From an uncultured archaeon (lineage in GTDB: Archaea; Thermoproteota; Bathyarchaeia; Bathyarchaeales; Bathycorpusculaceae): a DNA stretch of 64,000 nucleotides. The notes under the pieces were generated by a model. The model ran no database searches. It saw only the letters and a program-made list of their open reading frames with translations, and had not been told where the DNA came from. The stretch covers positions 64,001 to 128,000 of the forward strand of contig CAWALK010000023.1 of the NCBI GenBank assembly GCA_963782915.1. Direction: 5' to 3'. This document shows positions 29,860 to 40,580 of this stretch, in pieces. The position numbers and the translations under genes are program-made. The first letter of the stretch is position 1. Every line of letters starts with the position of its first letter.

Positions 29860-31884
29860 TTGATCTCATGGAAATACACGTTTAAGCGATTAAATGAAGA
29901 ATACGAAATCGCCACAAAAAAGAAGCAGGCGTTAGATAACCTCTGCGCCACTGGCAAAATTTCGCAAGCAACCCGCGACTCATTCACAACTGATATAGTA
30001 ACAGCTATTGCCGATCTTGAAAAGCAGCGCCAAGACCTCGGAGAAAAAATGCAAGTAAAAACCACCGAGCTAGAAGGACAACTAAAAACCTTGGAAATGC
30101 TTCTCGCAAACTACGAAATCCAGCATGTAGTAGGCGAAATCGACGATGAAATCTACGGAAGAGAACTAGGTCTCCTCTCAAATATCCTCGACAACACAAA
30201 AAATGAATTAGGCACAATAAAGGACGCGACCAGCCAACTTTTTCCTGCCCCAAAAGCAGTCGAAGCTCCAGTAATCGCTGAGTCAGTTGCTCCAGTTGCA
30301 CAAGCGCCAATTATCTCAACTCCTGTAGAAGTCCCGGTTGAAACTGCCACAATCCAACCCGCAATCGTGGAAACAGTGACAGCCGCAGAAACTACATCCG
30401 TTGAAACAGCGCCAATTGAAGCCGCTCCGGTTATTGAAGCGCCAGTCGAAATAGTTCAAGCTGAAGCAGCGCCAGCGGAAATTGCCGCCCCAGTAGTCGA
30501 GGCAGCCCCCATTGTTGAGGCTCCCGTAGAGACTCCTGTTGAGGCAGCACCCGTTGAAGCTGTACCAGTTGAAGTTGCAGTTGTTGAAGCCCCCATCGTT
30601 GAGGCTCCAGTTGAAGCTGCACCAGTAGAAACAGTTGCAGTTGAAACTCCAGTTGTCGAGGTAGCAGCAGTTGAGGCAGCCGTTGAAGTTGCTCCAATTG
30701 AAGCAGCTCCAATCGAAGTTGCACCAGTTGTTGAAGAAGCAGTCGTTGAGGCTCCAGTAGTAGAAGCCGCTTCAGTTGAAGAAGTAGCAGTTATTGAAGC
30801 TCCAGTAGCAGAAGCAGCAGTAGTTGAGCAAGTTATCGAAGCTCCAGTCGTCGAAGTAGCAATTGAAGCTGCACCAGTAGAAACAGTTGCAGTCGAAGCC
30901 CCAGTTGTTGAGGCTGCTGCAGTTGAGCAAGCAGTTCCAGCAGTTGAAGCAGCTGCAATTGAAGAAACACCAGTCGTTGAAGCAGCGCCAGTTGAAGTAG
31001 CAGTTGTTGAAGCCCCAATCGTTGAGGCTCCAGTCGAAGCTGCACCAGTAATTGAAGAAGCAGCAGTTGAAGTTCCAGTTGTTGAGGCAGCCCCAGTTGA
31101 GGTTCCAGTTGAAGAAGCTCCAGCAATCATTGAAGCTCCAATCATCGAAGCCCCAGTTGAAGCAGCCCCAATGGAAGTAGTAGCTGAAGCAGTCGTTGAA
31201 GCTCCAGCAGTTGAAGCATCTATAGTTGAAATTGCAGCAGTTGAAGAAACTCCAGTTATCGAAGCCGCTGCAGTTGAGGAAGTTGCAGTTGCTGAGGCTC
31301 CGGTTGAAATCGTCAGCGAAGCAGTCGTTGAAGAAGCAGTTGCAGCTGAAGCAGTAATTGAAGAATCAGTCGTTGAAATTGCAGCTCCAGTAATTGAAGA
31401 AGCCGCTCAAATCGAGCAGTCAATAGTTGAAGAAGCAACCGTTGAAGTTCCAGCTATTGAGGCACAAGTTGAGGCTCCCGTTGAAGAAGCCCCAGCAGTC
31501 CTCGAAGCCCCAATACTCGAAGCTCCCGTTGAAACCGCAACCGTCGAAGAAGCTGCAATCGTTGAAGCTCCAGTTGTTGAAGCTCAAACAGAAGAAGCAG
31601 CAACCGAAGCAGCCGCAGAACCAGAACAAGTTATTGAAGCAGCTCCACTTCAAACATTCGAAGTAACCGAGCATGCAGCAACCGAAATCACACTCGAAAA
31701 AGTCATGGAACAAGCAATAGAAGAACAAATCGTTCAGCCAGTCATCGTGGAGGAGGCCCACGTTCCGGCCCACCCTTCAGAAGCGCCCACAGCGGCGCAT
31801 TCAGAAGTGGAAGCGGAAACAGCCGACCAAACCACCGACCAAACCCCCCAAGCAGAAGAAGACGAAGAAGACACAACTGAGTAA
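29860..31884 (+). CDS. CdvA-like coiled-coil protein with very long Glu/Ala/Val/Pro repeat tail
   Basis: N-terminal coiled coil with EIQHVVGEIDDE.Y; about 540 aa of VEAAP/VEAP repeats. Confidence 0.6.
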   Translation: MISWKYTFKRLNEEYEIATKKKQALDNLCATGKISQATRDSFTTDIVTAIADLEKQRQDLGEKMQVKTTELEGQLKTLEMLLANYEIQHVVGEIDDEIYGRELGLLSNILDNTKNELGTIKDATSQLFPAPKAVEAPVIAESVAPVAQAPIISTPVEVPVETATIQPAIVETVTAAETTSVETAPIEAAPVIEAPVEIVQAEAAPAEIAAPVVEAAPIVEAPVETPVEAAPVEAVPVEVAVVEAPIVEAPVEAAPVETVAVETPVVEVAAVEAAVEVAPIEAAPIEVAPVVEEAVVEAPVVEAASVEEVAVIEAPVAEAAVVEQVIEAPVVEVAIEAAPVETVAVEAPVVEAAAVEQAVPAVEAAAIEETPVVEAAPVEVAVVEAPIVEAPVEAAPVIEEAAVEVPVVEAAPVEVPVEEAPAIIEAPIIEAPVEAAPMEVVAEAVVEAPAVEASIVEIAAVEETPVIEAAAVEEVAVAEAPVEIVSEAVVEEAVAAEAVIEESVVEIAAPVIEEAAQIEQSIVEEATVEVPAIEAQVEAPVEEAPAVLEAPILEAPVETATVEEAAIVEAPVVEAQTEEAATEAAAEPEQVIEAAPLQTFEVTEHAATEITLEKVMEQAIEEQIVQPVIVEEAHVPAHPSEAPTAAHSEVEAETADQTTDQTPQAEEDEEDTTE

Positions 31885-31960
31885 GCTATAAAATAGCTTA
31901 TCTTTTCTTTTTGTTCTTAATTTTTTGTTTATTTTTTTTGTTATTTTGGTTTTTTGCGTT
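31883..31960 (+). terminator. Hairpin (AAGCTAT/ATAGCTT) followed by T-rich tract
   Basis: Inverted repeat directly after the stop codon, then long T runs. Confidence 0.5.
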
Positions 31961-32011
31961 TTTATTTGTTGTTGCTGTTTACGCTTCTTATTTCAACATT
32001 AACTGAGGTCT

Positions 32012-32356
32012 TGTGCTCGCACCAGCCTACCCCCCCTCTATTTATAGGCACAACAAATGCAGAGGAAAACGGAGTCCTGTCAAGCGTTTGTTGGTTTTTG
32101 GCGTTGGGGTATAGGCGTTTGTAGGTTGATTTTTAGGTTTGCTATGCGTCTGTGCCAGGGGCTAAACGGGTTAGGGATTTAAGCGGGGCTTTGTTGCTCT
32201 GCCAGCTACCCCCCTCCCCTATATATACACTAAATTTCTGAATAACTTTGCAAACAATGAACAGCGCAATGCAAATCGGGCAATAGCATAGCCATCCAAT
32301 CCTTTAACCGACGGGCAGCAACAAACCGCTTGCGCCCTTAAGGAATCTCCAAAAAC
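32012..32356 (+). repeat. Dispersed intergenic repeat with two CCCCTC(C)CTATWTA cores
   Basis: Similar to 18781-18946 (inverted) and 54370-54630. Confidence 0.7.
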
Positions 32357-32893
32357 AAAAAACACATAACGAATAGCACAATTAAAAAAATAGTAAAAGC
32401 AGAACTGTTTTACAGTTGATAGTGGACTATTTCCGTGCCGCCTGGTTCTTGGGTTCCTTTGCTTGCCGCTTCACCGTTTTGTGTGTTAGGCGCTTCATTT
32501 CTGCAGGCGGTATATTGCCCTTAGACGGCATTAACAAATCCGGAGAGGGCCCTTTGCGACAGGTTTTTCAGGAATTTGCTCCATTTTATGGATGTTTTCT
32601 CCATGACGACTATGAATATTCTTTGACATAAAAAGCACCAAAACCAAAGCACATTTTGCAGCCAATAAGTTTTTGTGACTACAACAGTGAGCATCCATCT
32701 ACATAGTCAACGACTGAAACTATTTGCCGAGGGCATGAACCAAAACGGCTTCACCGTATTCACAAAAACCAAAACATAAGGCAACGCCAATAACAACACT
32801 AAAGCGCCTGTTGCTTTGCCAAAGACCCCCTATCCCCTATAAAAAGAACCTTTTGTTCTCAGATTAGTCCCCGTTAAAAAAAGCCAAGGCTTT

Positions 32894-33238
32894 TTACGTG
32901 GACGTTTTAATTTTGGCTGTTCCTATAGCCCATTTCTTTGCTGCATCCAACTCTTCTGCATCTGGGTGTCCCCGCTTAACAAACCCCAAGCCCCCGCCAA
33001 AACAGCTAAAATGATTATTGAGCATTCGCTGACCCTTAGCATCCAATGCACCTCCTAATGTGTCGATGACGTTTTTGTCAGCTATCCCTTTGCCCCAGCC
33101 AAAGCAAGTCATGAATAACGCAAACTGCTTTTTACCGTTTAGACGCACTGTTTGGAGGTAGCCTAGAAGGTCCTGGTGTGGTTGCCCTTTGTATATGCCT
33201 GTGCCAATGAATACGGTATCATAATCATTGATGCTCAC
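32894..33238 (-). CDS. Flavodoxin-like protein, apparently N-terminally truncated
   Basis: YDTVFIGTGIY, ALFMT, GHPDAEELDAAKKWA; N-terminal S.TGNT loop not found. Confidence 0.6.
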   Translation of the reverse strand: MSINDYDTVFIGTGIYKGQPHQDLLGYLQTVRLNGKKQFALFMTCFGWGKGIADKNVIDTLGGALDAKGQRMLNNHFSCFGGGLGFVKRGHPDAEELDAAKKWAIGTAKIKTST

Positions 33239-33366
33239 CGCGGGGGTAAAGCGGATTATATGGGTTTCGCAGGGAAAGACCCTGTGTTTTTGGGCTGGGT
33301 TAAAGACTTATTCAGTTATTATTGGGAAAAAGGAAAACGGCTATAAGCGCTAGCCGATTGGCGCAA

Positions 33367-34104
33367 CTATTTTTCGAGAAGCGTTTGTAGTAGCTTGATT
33401 GCTGCCCATGCCGCCAACGCGCTGGTATGCGGATTGTCTGGGTGTGGGTCGTTTGCGAAGCGTAGGGCCATTTCGCCGTATCGCCATTTGATGTTGATTT
33501 CGTGGGTGTTGCGTGTGACTTTAGGGTCGCTGATCACTCTAACTTTTACTTGGACCGGCTTAACCGTTAACGCCAAAGTGGCTGCAACGTTCATTTCCCG
33601 GGGGAACTGCCGTGCCGCCTCTTTCGCGGTGCCTTCATAGATTATTGCTTCTTCGGTGTTTGTTTTGTTTAGTGCTTTGGGGTTTTTGCGTGACGTTATC
33701 GTTACTTCGTCGATGCCTGCGTTGGCTGCTGCGGCGATGGCGTCTAATCCTCCGATTGCGCCCGCTGGAAAATGCACTTTGGGCTCATCCGCGTTTAAGC
33801 TAAGTAGTGCGCCTGTGCTCATTATGATTATTTCAGTGTTTGACTCCACCAGTTTCTCGTAGTAGTCGCGGACTGCCTGCTGCCCCGCTGCCTCCACTAT
33901 GACTTTGGGTTTGGAGGCAATTAATTCGTCAACGCTGCTTGCGATTTTAACTCGGAACTGGAGGTCATGCTTTAGTTTCTGGGCTTTGGCGGCGTCAGTG
34001 TCGAAGACGACGAGTTCGTCGCAGACAACTATTTTGCGGTCAATTGCTTCTGCTAGGACGGTGCCGATTGCGCCGCATCCGATTAAACCAACTTTTTTTG
34101 CCAT
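33367..34104 (-). CDS. nadX: L-aspartate dehydrogenase
   Basis: GLIGCGAIG, VEAAG, GAIGGLD, FP..MNVAATL, NPHTSALAA. Confidence 0.9.
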   Translation of the reverse strand: MAKKVGLIGCGAIGTVLAEAIDRKIVVCDELVVFDTDAAKAQKLKHDLQFRVKIASSVDELIASKPKVIVEAAGQQAVRDYYEKLVESNTEIIIMSTGALLSLNADEPKVHFPAGAIGGLDAIAAAANAGIDEVTITSRKNPKALNKTNTEEAIIYEGTAKEAARQFPREMNVAATLALTVKPVQVKVRVISDPKVTRNTHEINIKWRYGEMALRFANDPHPDNPHTSALAAWAAIKLLQTLLEK

Positions 34105-34115
34105 AATTTTTCACT

Positions 34116-36585
34116 TTAGTATTCTGGTTTTATGTATACTTGAGTTTGGGCGACTTGTCTGCCCTCAGCTTTTTCAGCTATTACTTTTATGTTTTCGATT
34201 TTTAGGGTTGCTGCGATGTCGATGGTTGCTTGGCGTATTGCGACGGCGGTGGCGTCGTCTGCGGTGTAGATGGTTAAGTTTTTGATGGGTGCGTTGAGTG
34301 AGAGTTTCTTTTCTGCTTTGTCGCGGCGGATTTCGCTCATTATGGCGGTGATTAAGTCGCCGTCTTTCTCAGCTGCCTCATCAACCAGTGAGGCGTTGAA
34401 CTTTGGCCATTGCGAAACCTGTATGCTCTTGTAGCCTTTGCCATCCATGTACATGTACTGATAGATTTCTTCTGCCATGTGTGGGGTGACTGGGGCGAGG
34501 AGTTGTAGCATGCGGTAGAGTACCTCATAGAGGGTGTGTTGTGCTGCGGCGGTGTTTGCTTTGCCGTAGACTTCGGGGCGGTATAATCTGTCTTTGATGG
34601 CTTCGACGTAGAAGTCGCAGAAGACGTGCCAGGTGAAGTTGCGGATTTCCTCTACTGCGATGTTGAATTGGCATTTTTCGTAGGCTTCGGTGACTTTTTT
34701 GGTGATGTTCTCGGTTTTGCTAAGGATCCATTTGTCGAGTAGTTGGAGGTCCATTTCGTCGCTGGCTTTTGGCGTATAGTTGCCCAGCAAGTTGCTTGCG
34801 AATCCGGAGGCATTCCAGAGTTTAACCAGGAAGCGTCTGCCGTATTCGACGTCTTGGGCGCGGTAGGGTATGTCTGAACCGGTTGCTCCTCCGCCTGCTG
34901 CCCATTGGCGGACTGCGTCGGCTCCGTACTTGTTGAGTGTTTCCGGTGCGGCAGCATAGTTTTTGAGTGATTTGCTCATTTTTCTGCCATCGGCGCCTAA
35001 GACCATGCCGTTGATGAGTACGCTGTTGAAGGGGCGCTCGTCGAAGAGTGCTAGGTGGCGTACCATGAGGTAGTATGCCCATGTGCGGATGATGTCGGTT
35101 CCGGATGGGTGTATGCTTGCCGGGATACAGGCGCTTCCAGTCCGCTCGGTCTGGCCAGCCAGCGTGGACGGCGCAGGTGATTGAGCTATCCATCCAAGTA
35201 TCCATAACATCCTGTTCGCCGCGGAAGTCTATGCCGCCACATTTGGGGCACTTCTCGATTCGTGGGCCCTCAAGCTTGGGGTCAATCGGAACCCAGCCTT
35301 CCTCCGCGATTATCATTTCGCCGCAACCCTTACAGAACCACACCGGGATCGGAGTGGCGAATAAGCGTTGGCGGCTGATTACCCAGTCCCAATTCAAGCG
35401 AATGCGCCCAGTCGATCAGGCGGTTACGCATGTAATCTGGGTACCAAGGTATTGCCTTAGCGTTCTCCTCAACTTTGTCAGTTAACTCCATGTTTTTCAT
35501 GAACCACTGTTTTACTTCGAGAATTTCGACGCCGGTCTTGCAGCGGTCGCAGACGCCGACTTCCTGCTGGATTTTTTCGCTCTTCTCAAGCAACCCAGCT
35601 TCGGTGAGGTCTTTGACTATGGCGGCTCGGGCTTGGTTAATGTAGAGGCCAGCGTATTTGCAGCCTGCCTCGCTAATTTGGCCGGTCTGGGTTATGAGGC
35701 GGATGACGGGGAGTTTGTGTTTTATGACCGTTTTTACGTCTTCCTTGTCGCCGTAGGTACAGATTTGCATGGCGCCAGTGCCGAATTTGGGGTCGACGGC
35801 TTCGTCAGTTATGATTGTGACTTCGCGGTTCATGAGTGGCACATTGATTTTTCTGCCAATGTATTTGGCGTAGCGTTCGTCTTTGGGGTTTACTTCGACG
35901 GCGACGCAGGCGGGGATGAATTCGGGGCGGGAAGTCGCAATCAGCAGGTACTCTTGCTGCCTGCGAGGTGGTATTTGATGTAGTGGAGCGTGCCCTCTTT
36001 TTTGACGTGGTCAACTTCTGCGTCGGCGATGGCTGTTTCGTCGCGTGGACACCAATTAACTGGATGTGTGCCCTGATACATGAAGCCCTTCTGGTAAAGT
36101 TGGATGAAGCTGAGTTGGGTGCGACGCCAATAGTCGGGGTCCATGGTTTTGTACTCTGTAGTCCAATCGATGGAGGCGCCCATTTTGAGGATGCCTTCCT
36201 TCATCATGGCAATGTATTTCTCGACCAGTTCGATGCACCAGGCGCGGAACTGGTCTGGGGGAACATCGCGTTTGCGGATGTTTTTGGCTTTTTCAACTTG
36301 GATCTCTATGCCTAAGCCGTGGCAGTCCCAGCCCTGCGGGAAGAGCACGTTGTAGCCTTGCATGCGTTTGTAGCGGGCTACCATGTCGAAGTACGTCCAG
36401 TTTAGGACGTTGCCCATGTGGAGTTCGCCTGAAGGGTAAGGCGGAGGCGTATCGATGCTATAGGGGACGCGTGATTTGTCGTTCCAGTCGTAGTGGTATA
36501 GGGCCATTTCTTCCCATTTGGCTTGCCATTTAGCTTCGATTTCAGTGAAATTGTAATCTTTAGGCATAGGCTGCATGAACATCAA
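34116..36585 (-). CDS. valS: Valyl-tRNA synthetase, split by about 4 frameshifts
   Basis: IDTPPPYPSGELHMGN, DWVISRQR, MDTWMDSS and KMSKS spread over consecutive ORFs. Confidence 0.92.
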
Positions 36586-36753
36586 TCCTAATGTTACTGT
36601 TTGACTACAGCAAGACTAAGCTAAACCCTAAAAACATTACCCTAAATTAAAAAAAGTAATTTTGTGCCTTAGGGCTAATATTGCCGCCAATATAGAAACC
36701 TGCCGTTTAATCCCAAGCACTTAATCGTTTATTCACTTGGGCTATTGATTTTG

Positions 36754-37161
36754 CTAAAAAAACTCTCTCGGAGTCAGTATGCTTGTTTTTTTGTAGCAGC
36801 CCAGTTTAAGAAGATGGTTATCTCCTGTTATAATATAGTCAGCTCCAGATGCTACAGCGCATTCTATTATCTTATCGTCTTCAGCATCTTCATCTATGAT
36901 ATGCAACTTTAACTTTGGTTTGACTATTGTTGAGTTGACTTCGATGGCGCGTAGGATTTCTTTTTGTTTTACATCCGCCTTTTGTAGGACGGTGGCGATT
37001 TTTGGGTAAAGGAGGACTTTAGAGATTTCAAGTAGGATGTCAGGACTAATGTAAATTGTTAGGTCCTGTTTTGCTTGGGAAAACTCGTCGCTTAGAACCT
37101 TTTTCATAAAGATTGAAACCCAAACGTTGGTGTCCAAGACTACTTTGACTTTCTTGCCCAC
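36754..37161 (-). CDS. PIN-domain toxin (VapC-like)
   Basis: VVLDTNV, DDKIIECA, YIITGDNHLL. Confidence 0.9.
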   Translation of the reverse strand: MGKKVKVVLDTNVWVSIFMKKVLSDEFSQAKQDLTIYISPDILLEISKVLLYPKIATVLQKADVKQKEILRAIEVNSTIVKPKLKLHIIDEDAEDDKIIECAVASGADYIITGDNHLLKLGCYKKTSILTPREFF

Positions 37162-37403
37162 TCGACTGCCTCAGCCACAATCGTATCGACATCAATAGAT
37201 TCTTCGCTGGTTGCTTTTTCAACTTTGTTGGCGATGTCCTCGATGGAGCCTTCCTTTGTTTTTCTCAGCAGTATGTCTCCATTGCGGGTAAGTACCAATA
37301 GTTTTTCGCCGCTTTTTACTCCCATTTTTTTGCGTACTTCTCTGGGAATTACCACTTGGCCCTTAGCCGAAACCTTGATTATGTCCTCAATCTGCTCTGA
37401 CAT
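37140..37403 (-). CDS. AbrB/MazE-family antitoxin
   Basis: VSAKGQVVIPREVRKKMGV; overlaps the PIN gene. Confidence 0.9.
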   Translation of the reverse strand: MSEQIEDIIKVSAKGQVVIPREVRKKMGVKSGEKLLVLTRNGDILLRKTKEGSIEDIANKVEKATSEESIDVDTIVAEAVEWARKSK

Positions 37404-37571
37404 ATGTCTCAGTTAGTCTTACAAGTAAATAAATTTTTACTTTTCCTCCTATGAGACAAGAATACTCATAAAACGTTTAAAGTAGCTTTTTAGAAAATAT
37501 ATCGATTTTTAATCAAGTGACTATTCAGGATAAAACAATGAAACAAACCGCATTCTTCTAAAGAGAAAGTA

Positions 37572-38344
37572 TCAGCATTTCTCACATGACTGCTTAGCCG
37601 TATTCCCACAGCATCTTGGATTATCAAAATAGTCACGACCAACCCGTATGATACTCTGGTCCTGAGTCAAAAGCGCAACCTCGTTTGGCCAATAGTAAGC
37701 GTCACAAGATTCTTCATGTCCGATATGAACATCGCCAAATTGCAGTATAGAACTCTAACTTCTCCGAGGTCTTTGAGGTCTTGGCTATCTGCGATTTCAG
37801 GAGTTACTGCGATGTTGAGTTTTACGCGGTGTTTTTCTTTGGCCTCTTTTAGGGCAGGATGGATTTCTTTAACTACCTCGGGCAAGGTCATGAACATTGT
37901 AATTTCCCGCTTAGACCCTTGAATCAGGAGTTTGAGGCGGTTAACGATGCTTTTTTGCCCACGCAGAATATATGCGATTTCGAGTTCCTCAGGCTTCTCC
38001 GCACTATCATAGATGGGCGTCAATTTGCTTATGATGACATCCGCCTGCTTCATCTTCCCATCTAACTCGTCTTTTAGTTGCTGTTTGAGGTTTGTGATTG
38101 CTTCGTTTGGTGCGATGGGGCGATAAATCGATGGGGTGCTCTGCTGTATGCTTATCATGCCTTTTTTGGATAGGCTGTCGAGTGCGTAGTAGATTTTTGA
38201 GTCTGGGATTTTGGTTTGGTTGCAGAGTGCGCTTGCTGTTATGTTGGGGTGGGTTAGGAGTGTGGTGTATGTTAGGGCTTCGTGGGTTGTGAGGTTGAGT
38301 TCTTTGAGTTGGGAGATTATTTGGTTTAGGGCGGTGTCTTCCAT
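37572..38344 (-). CDS. TrmB-family transcriptional regulator with Cys-rich tail; frameshift near 37692
   Basis: LT..EA..Y..LL...TAS.L.....IP.SKIY..L..L..KG N-terminal HTH; shifted frame continues ...YFDNPRCCGNTAKQSCEKC*. Confidence 0.8.
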
Positions 38345-38403
38345 GGCGGGTTTTCTTCTTCTGGTTTCTGGTGAGTATGTGTGAGAAAACCGTTAAATAG
38401 TTT

Positions 38404-38425
38404 TCTACTACCAAAAAGTAGTAGA
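38404..38425. promoter_or_regulatory. Perfect palindrome TCTACTAC-N6-GTAGTAGA in the hgcA promoter
   Basis: Lies between a TTAAAT box (38393) and the hgcA ATG (38436). Confidence 0.65.
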
Positions 38426-38435
38426 GAATGAGAAA

Positions 38436-39482
38436 ATGAGTAAACAAACATGCGGATGCAGCACCGCCAAACCAACCACACAAACCCAAAAAACAGCAAC
38501 AAAAATACAGCCCACAACCTCCATCACGGGCAAAGTGGAACTAAAAGACCACATCCTCGCCCGCTTAGGAATCAACCGACAAAACCACACAGTAACCCCC
38601 GGATTATACTCACTGGGAAACCCCAACCCCAACACACCCGTCTTCGTAACCGCAAACTACACCCTAAGCTTCGACGCACTGCGCTCCTCGCTAAAAAACA
38701 AAGACGCCTACATCCTAGTCCTGGACACCATGGGAGTCAACGTTTGGTGTGCAGCAGGCAAAGGAACCTTCGGCACCGACGAATTATTAAGCAAAATCGA
38801 AGCCACCCATCTAGCCGATGTAGTCGCCCATCGAAAACTAGTTTTGCCCCAACTCGGCGCCTCAGGAGTCAACAGCTTCGAAGTTGAAAAGCAAAGCGGC
38901 TTCAAAGTCGAATTTGGCCCCGTACGGGCAGATGACCTTCCAGAGTACCTAAAAACTGGAAAAGCCACCGCAGAAATGCGGCAAGTAAAATACCCCCTAA
39001 AAGACCGAGCCGTGCTAATACCCGTAGAACTCAACTCGGCAATCCTTCCCCTCATTGTCTCAGTAATCGCACTGTACATTCTAGGCGGCGCCTATCCTGC
39101 AATCGCAGCTGCCACCGCAATCTTGGCGGGAACTGCCCTGTTTCCTTTAGCGTTGCCTTGGTTGCCAACTAAAGATTTCAGCTCAAAAGGTTTCATACTC
39201 GGTGGCGTCCTGTCGTTGCCTTTGGCTGCAGTGGCGTTCTTGAGTGCTCCAGCCTCGGTAATGTGGCTGCGGGTCGCGGCGGGTTTGGCTTACGTCTTGC
39301 TAATGGCACCAGTTACAGCGTACCTTGCACTAAACTTCACAGGCGCATCAACCTACACGAGTCGAACTGGTGTTAAAAAAGAAATCTTCCGCTACATCCC
39401 CGCCATGGCTGCCTCCCTGATAATCGGGACAGTTCTCGCAGGCATAGTCATTGGAATGCACTTCTTCGGAGGTGCAATATAG
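38436..39482 (+). CDS. hgcA: Mercury methylation corrinoid protein HgcA
   Basis: PVFVTANY, cap-helix NVWCAAGKG, LPQLGA, C-terminal multi-TM domain with LNFTGAS.YTS. Confidence 0.93.
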   Translation: MSKQTCGCSTAKPTTQTQKTATKIQPTTSITGKVELKDHILARLGINRQNHTVTPGLYSLGNPNPNTPVFVTANYTLSFDALRSSLKNKDAYILVLDTMGVNVWCAAGKGTFGTDELLSKIEATHLADVVAHRKLVLPQLGASGVNSFEVEKQSGFKVEFGPVRADDLPEYLKTGKATAEMRQVKYPLKDRAVLIPVELNSAILPLIVSVIALYILGGAYPAIAAATAILAGTALFPLALPWLPTKDFSSKGFILGGVLSLPLAAVAFLSAPASVMWLRVAAGLAYVLLMAPVTAYLALNFTGASTYTSRTGVKKEIFRYIPAMAASLIIGTVLAGIVIGMHFFGGAI

Positions 39483-39761
39483 ATGTTCAACTCCTACCAA
39501 GAAACCACCCTGCAATTTGACAAAGACAAATGCATCGGCTGCGGCAAATGCAGCACCGTGTGCCCACACAGAGTCTTTAGCCAAAATGGCAACAAGGCAG
39601 AACTCGTAAACCCGTCAGCATGTATGGAATGTGGCGCTTGCCAACTTAACTGCCCAGCAGGCGCAATAACCGTGGAAAGCGGCGTTGGCTGTGCTGGCGC
39701 TATGATTCGGGCGGCACTTAAGGGCGAAAAGCTTGATAGCGGCAACTGCAGTTGCGGATAA
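39483..39761 (+). CDS. hgcB: Mercury methylation ferredoxin HgcB
   Basis: CIGCGKCSTVCP, CMECGACQLNCP, GVGCA and terminal CSC; directly after hgcA. Confidence 0.93.
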   Translation: MFNSYQETTLQFDKDKCIGCGKCSTVCPHRVFSQNGNKAELVNPSACMECGACQLNCPAGAITVESGVGCAGAMIRAALKGEKLDSGNCSCG

Positions 39762-39775
39762 GGAGGACACACAGC

Positions 39776-40228
39776 ATGAACAAGCCGGAGCCAGCTTTCA
39801 AGATTCGACCAGTTAGGGCTTGATGACCTAAAAACTATCTCGCTCCCTTCTTTTGGGGTACAAGTTGCCGTTGGATGGGCTCGAAGGGACAAAGTTGTGG
39901 GTTCTTGAGTTGGGCGGTGGAGAGGTTGTGGGGGTTGCGGGTTTGGAGTTGTATGGCAATCAGGGTTTGCTGCGTTCAGTTGCAGTCGCAGATAGCATGC
40001 ACAATCGTGGCTATGGAGCAGCGTTAGCTAACTATGTGATATGTGAGGCAAGGAAGAGTCGGGTGCAAGAATTGTTTTTGCTCACAACAACAGCTCCTGA
40101 GTTTTTCAAGAAATTGGGATTCAAAGAAGAAAAACCGAGAAAAAGTGGTCGGCGGCATTGTGGACTCCGTTGAGTTCAAAAGTGCTTGCCCCAAAACCGC
40201 CATCCTCATGCGTCTACCCCTGGCTTAA
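39776..40228 (+). CDS. Arsenic-resistance GNAT acetyltransferase ArsN2-like; frameshifted
   Basis: GLELYG..GLLRSVAV, LFLLTTTA..FF..LGF, S.EFKSACP.TA.LM; GGAGG RBS. Confidence 0.75.
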
Positions 40229-40232
40229 TTAT

Positions 40233-40580
40233 CTACACCTTTTTGGTGGGGTAGGCAGCTTTGCCTATCACTTCAGATAGCTTCTCAGAGGAGGGCACAC
40301 CGCCATAGAGCACCAATTCGCCGTTGATGAATAGAGCTGGCATTGCATCCATGCCGTACTTGTCAAACAGGGGTTTGAGTTTGCTGAAGTCGCCGATTTC
40401 TTTTCCGTAACGGACCTCGGTAGCAGTCACAACTTCAACTGAAGCTTCGACGTTACTTTTGCCCAGTACTTCCTTCACTTTTGCTTTGTACTGTTCATCC
40501 ATTGGTTTAAGGGCTGGGTTGCAGCAGGAGAAAGTGAGGATTGAGATTTGCATTTTATTGGTCATAGAGGTGCTTCCCAA
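40233..40580 (-). CDS. Thioredoxin-fold ArsD-like metallochaperone
   Basis: SCCNP, MPALFINGELV..G.VPS; coupled to arsA. Confidence 0.6.
   Translation of the reverse strand: MGSTSMTNKMQISILTFSCCNPALKPMDEQYKAKVKEVLGKSNVEASVEVVTATEVRYGKEIGDFSKLKPLFDKYGMDAMPALFINGELVLYGGVPSSEKLSEVIGKAAYPTKKV

Noticed and set aside
30431-31773. Long antisense and alternative-frame ORFs over the acidic repeat gene
   Set aside because: Shadow ORFs caused by low-complexity codon usage.
34116-36585. valS split into several ORFs, suggesting a pseudogene or programmed frameshifting
   Set aside because: valS is essential, and similar single-base indels hit pyk, the P1B-ATPase, arsN2, TrmB, the GT-C gene and a beta-helix gene. 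Sequencing/consensus error is the simplest explanation.
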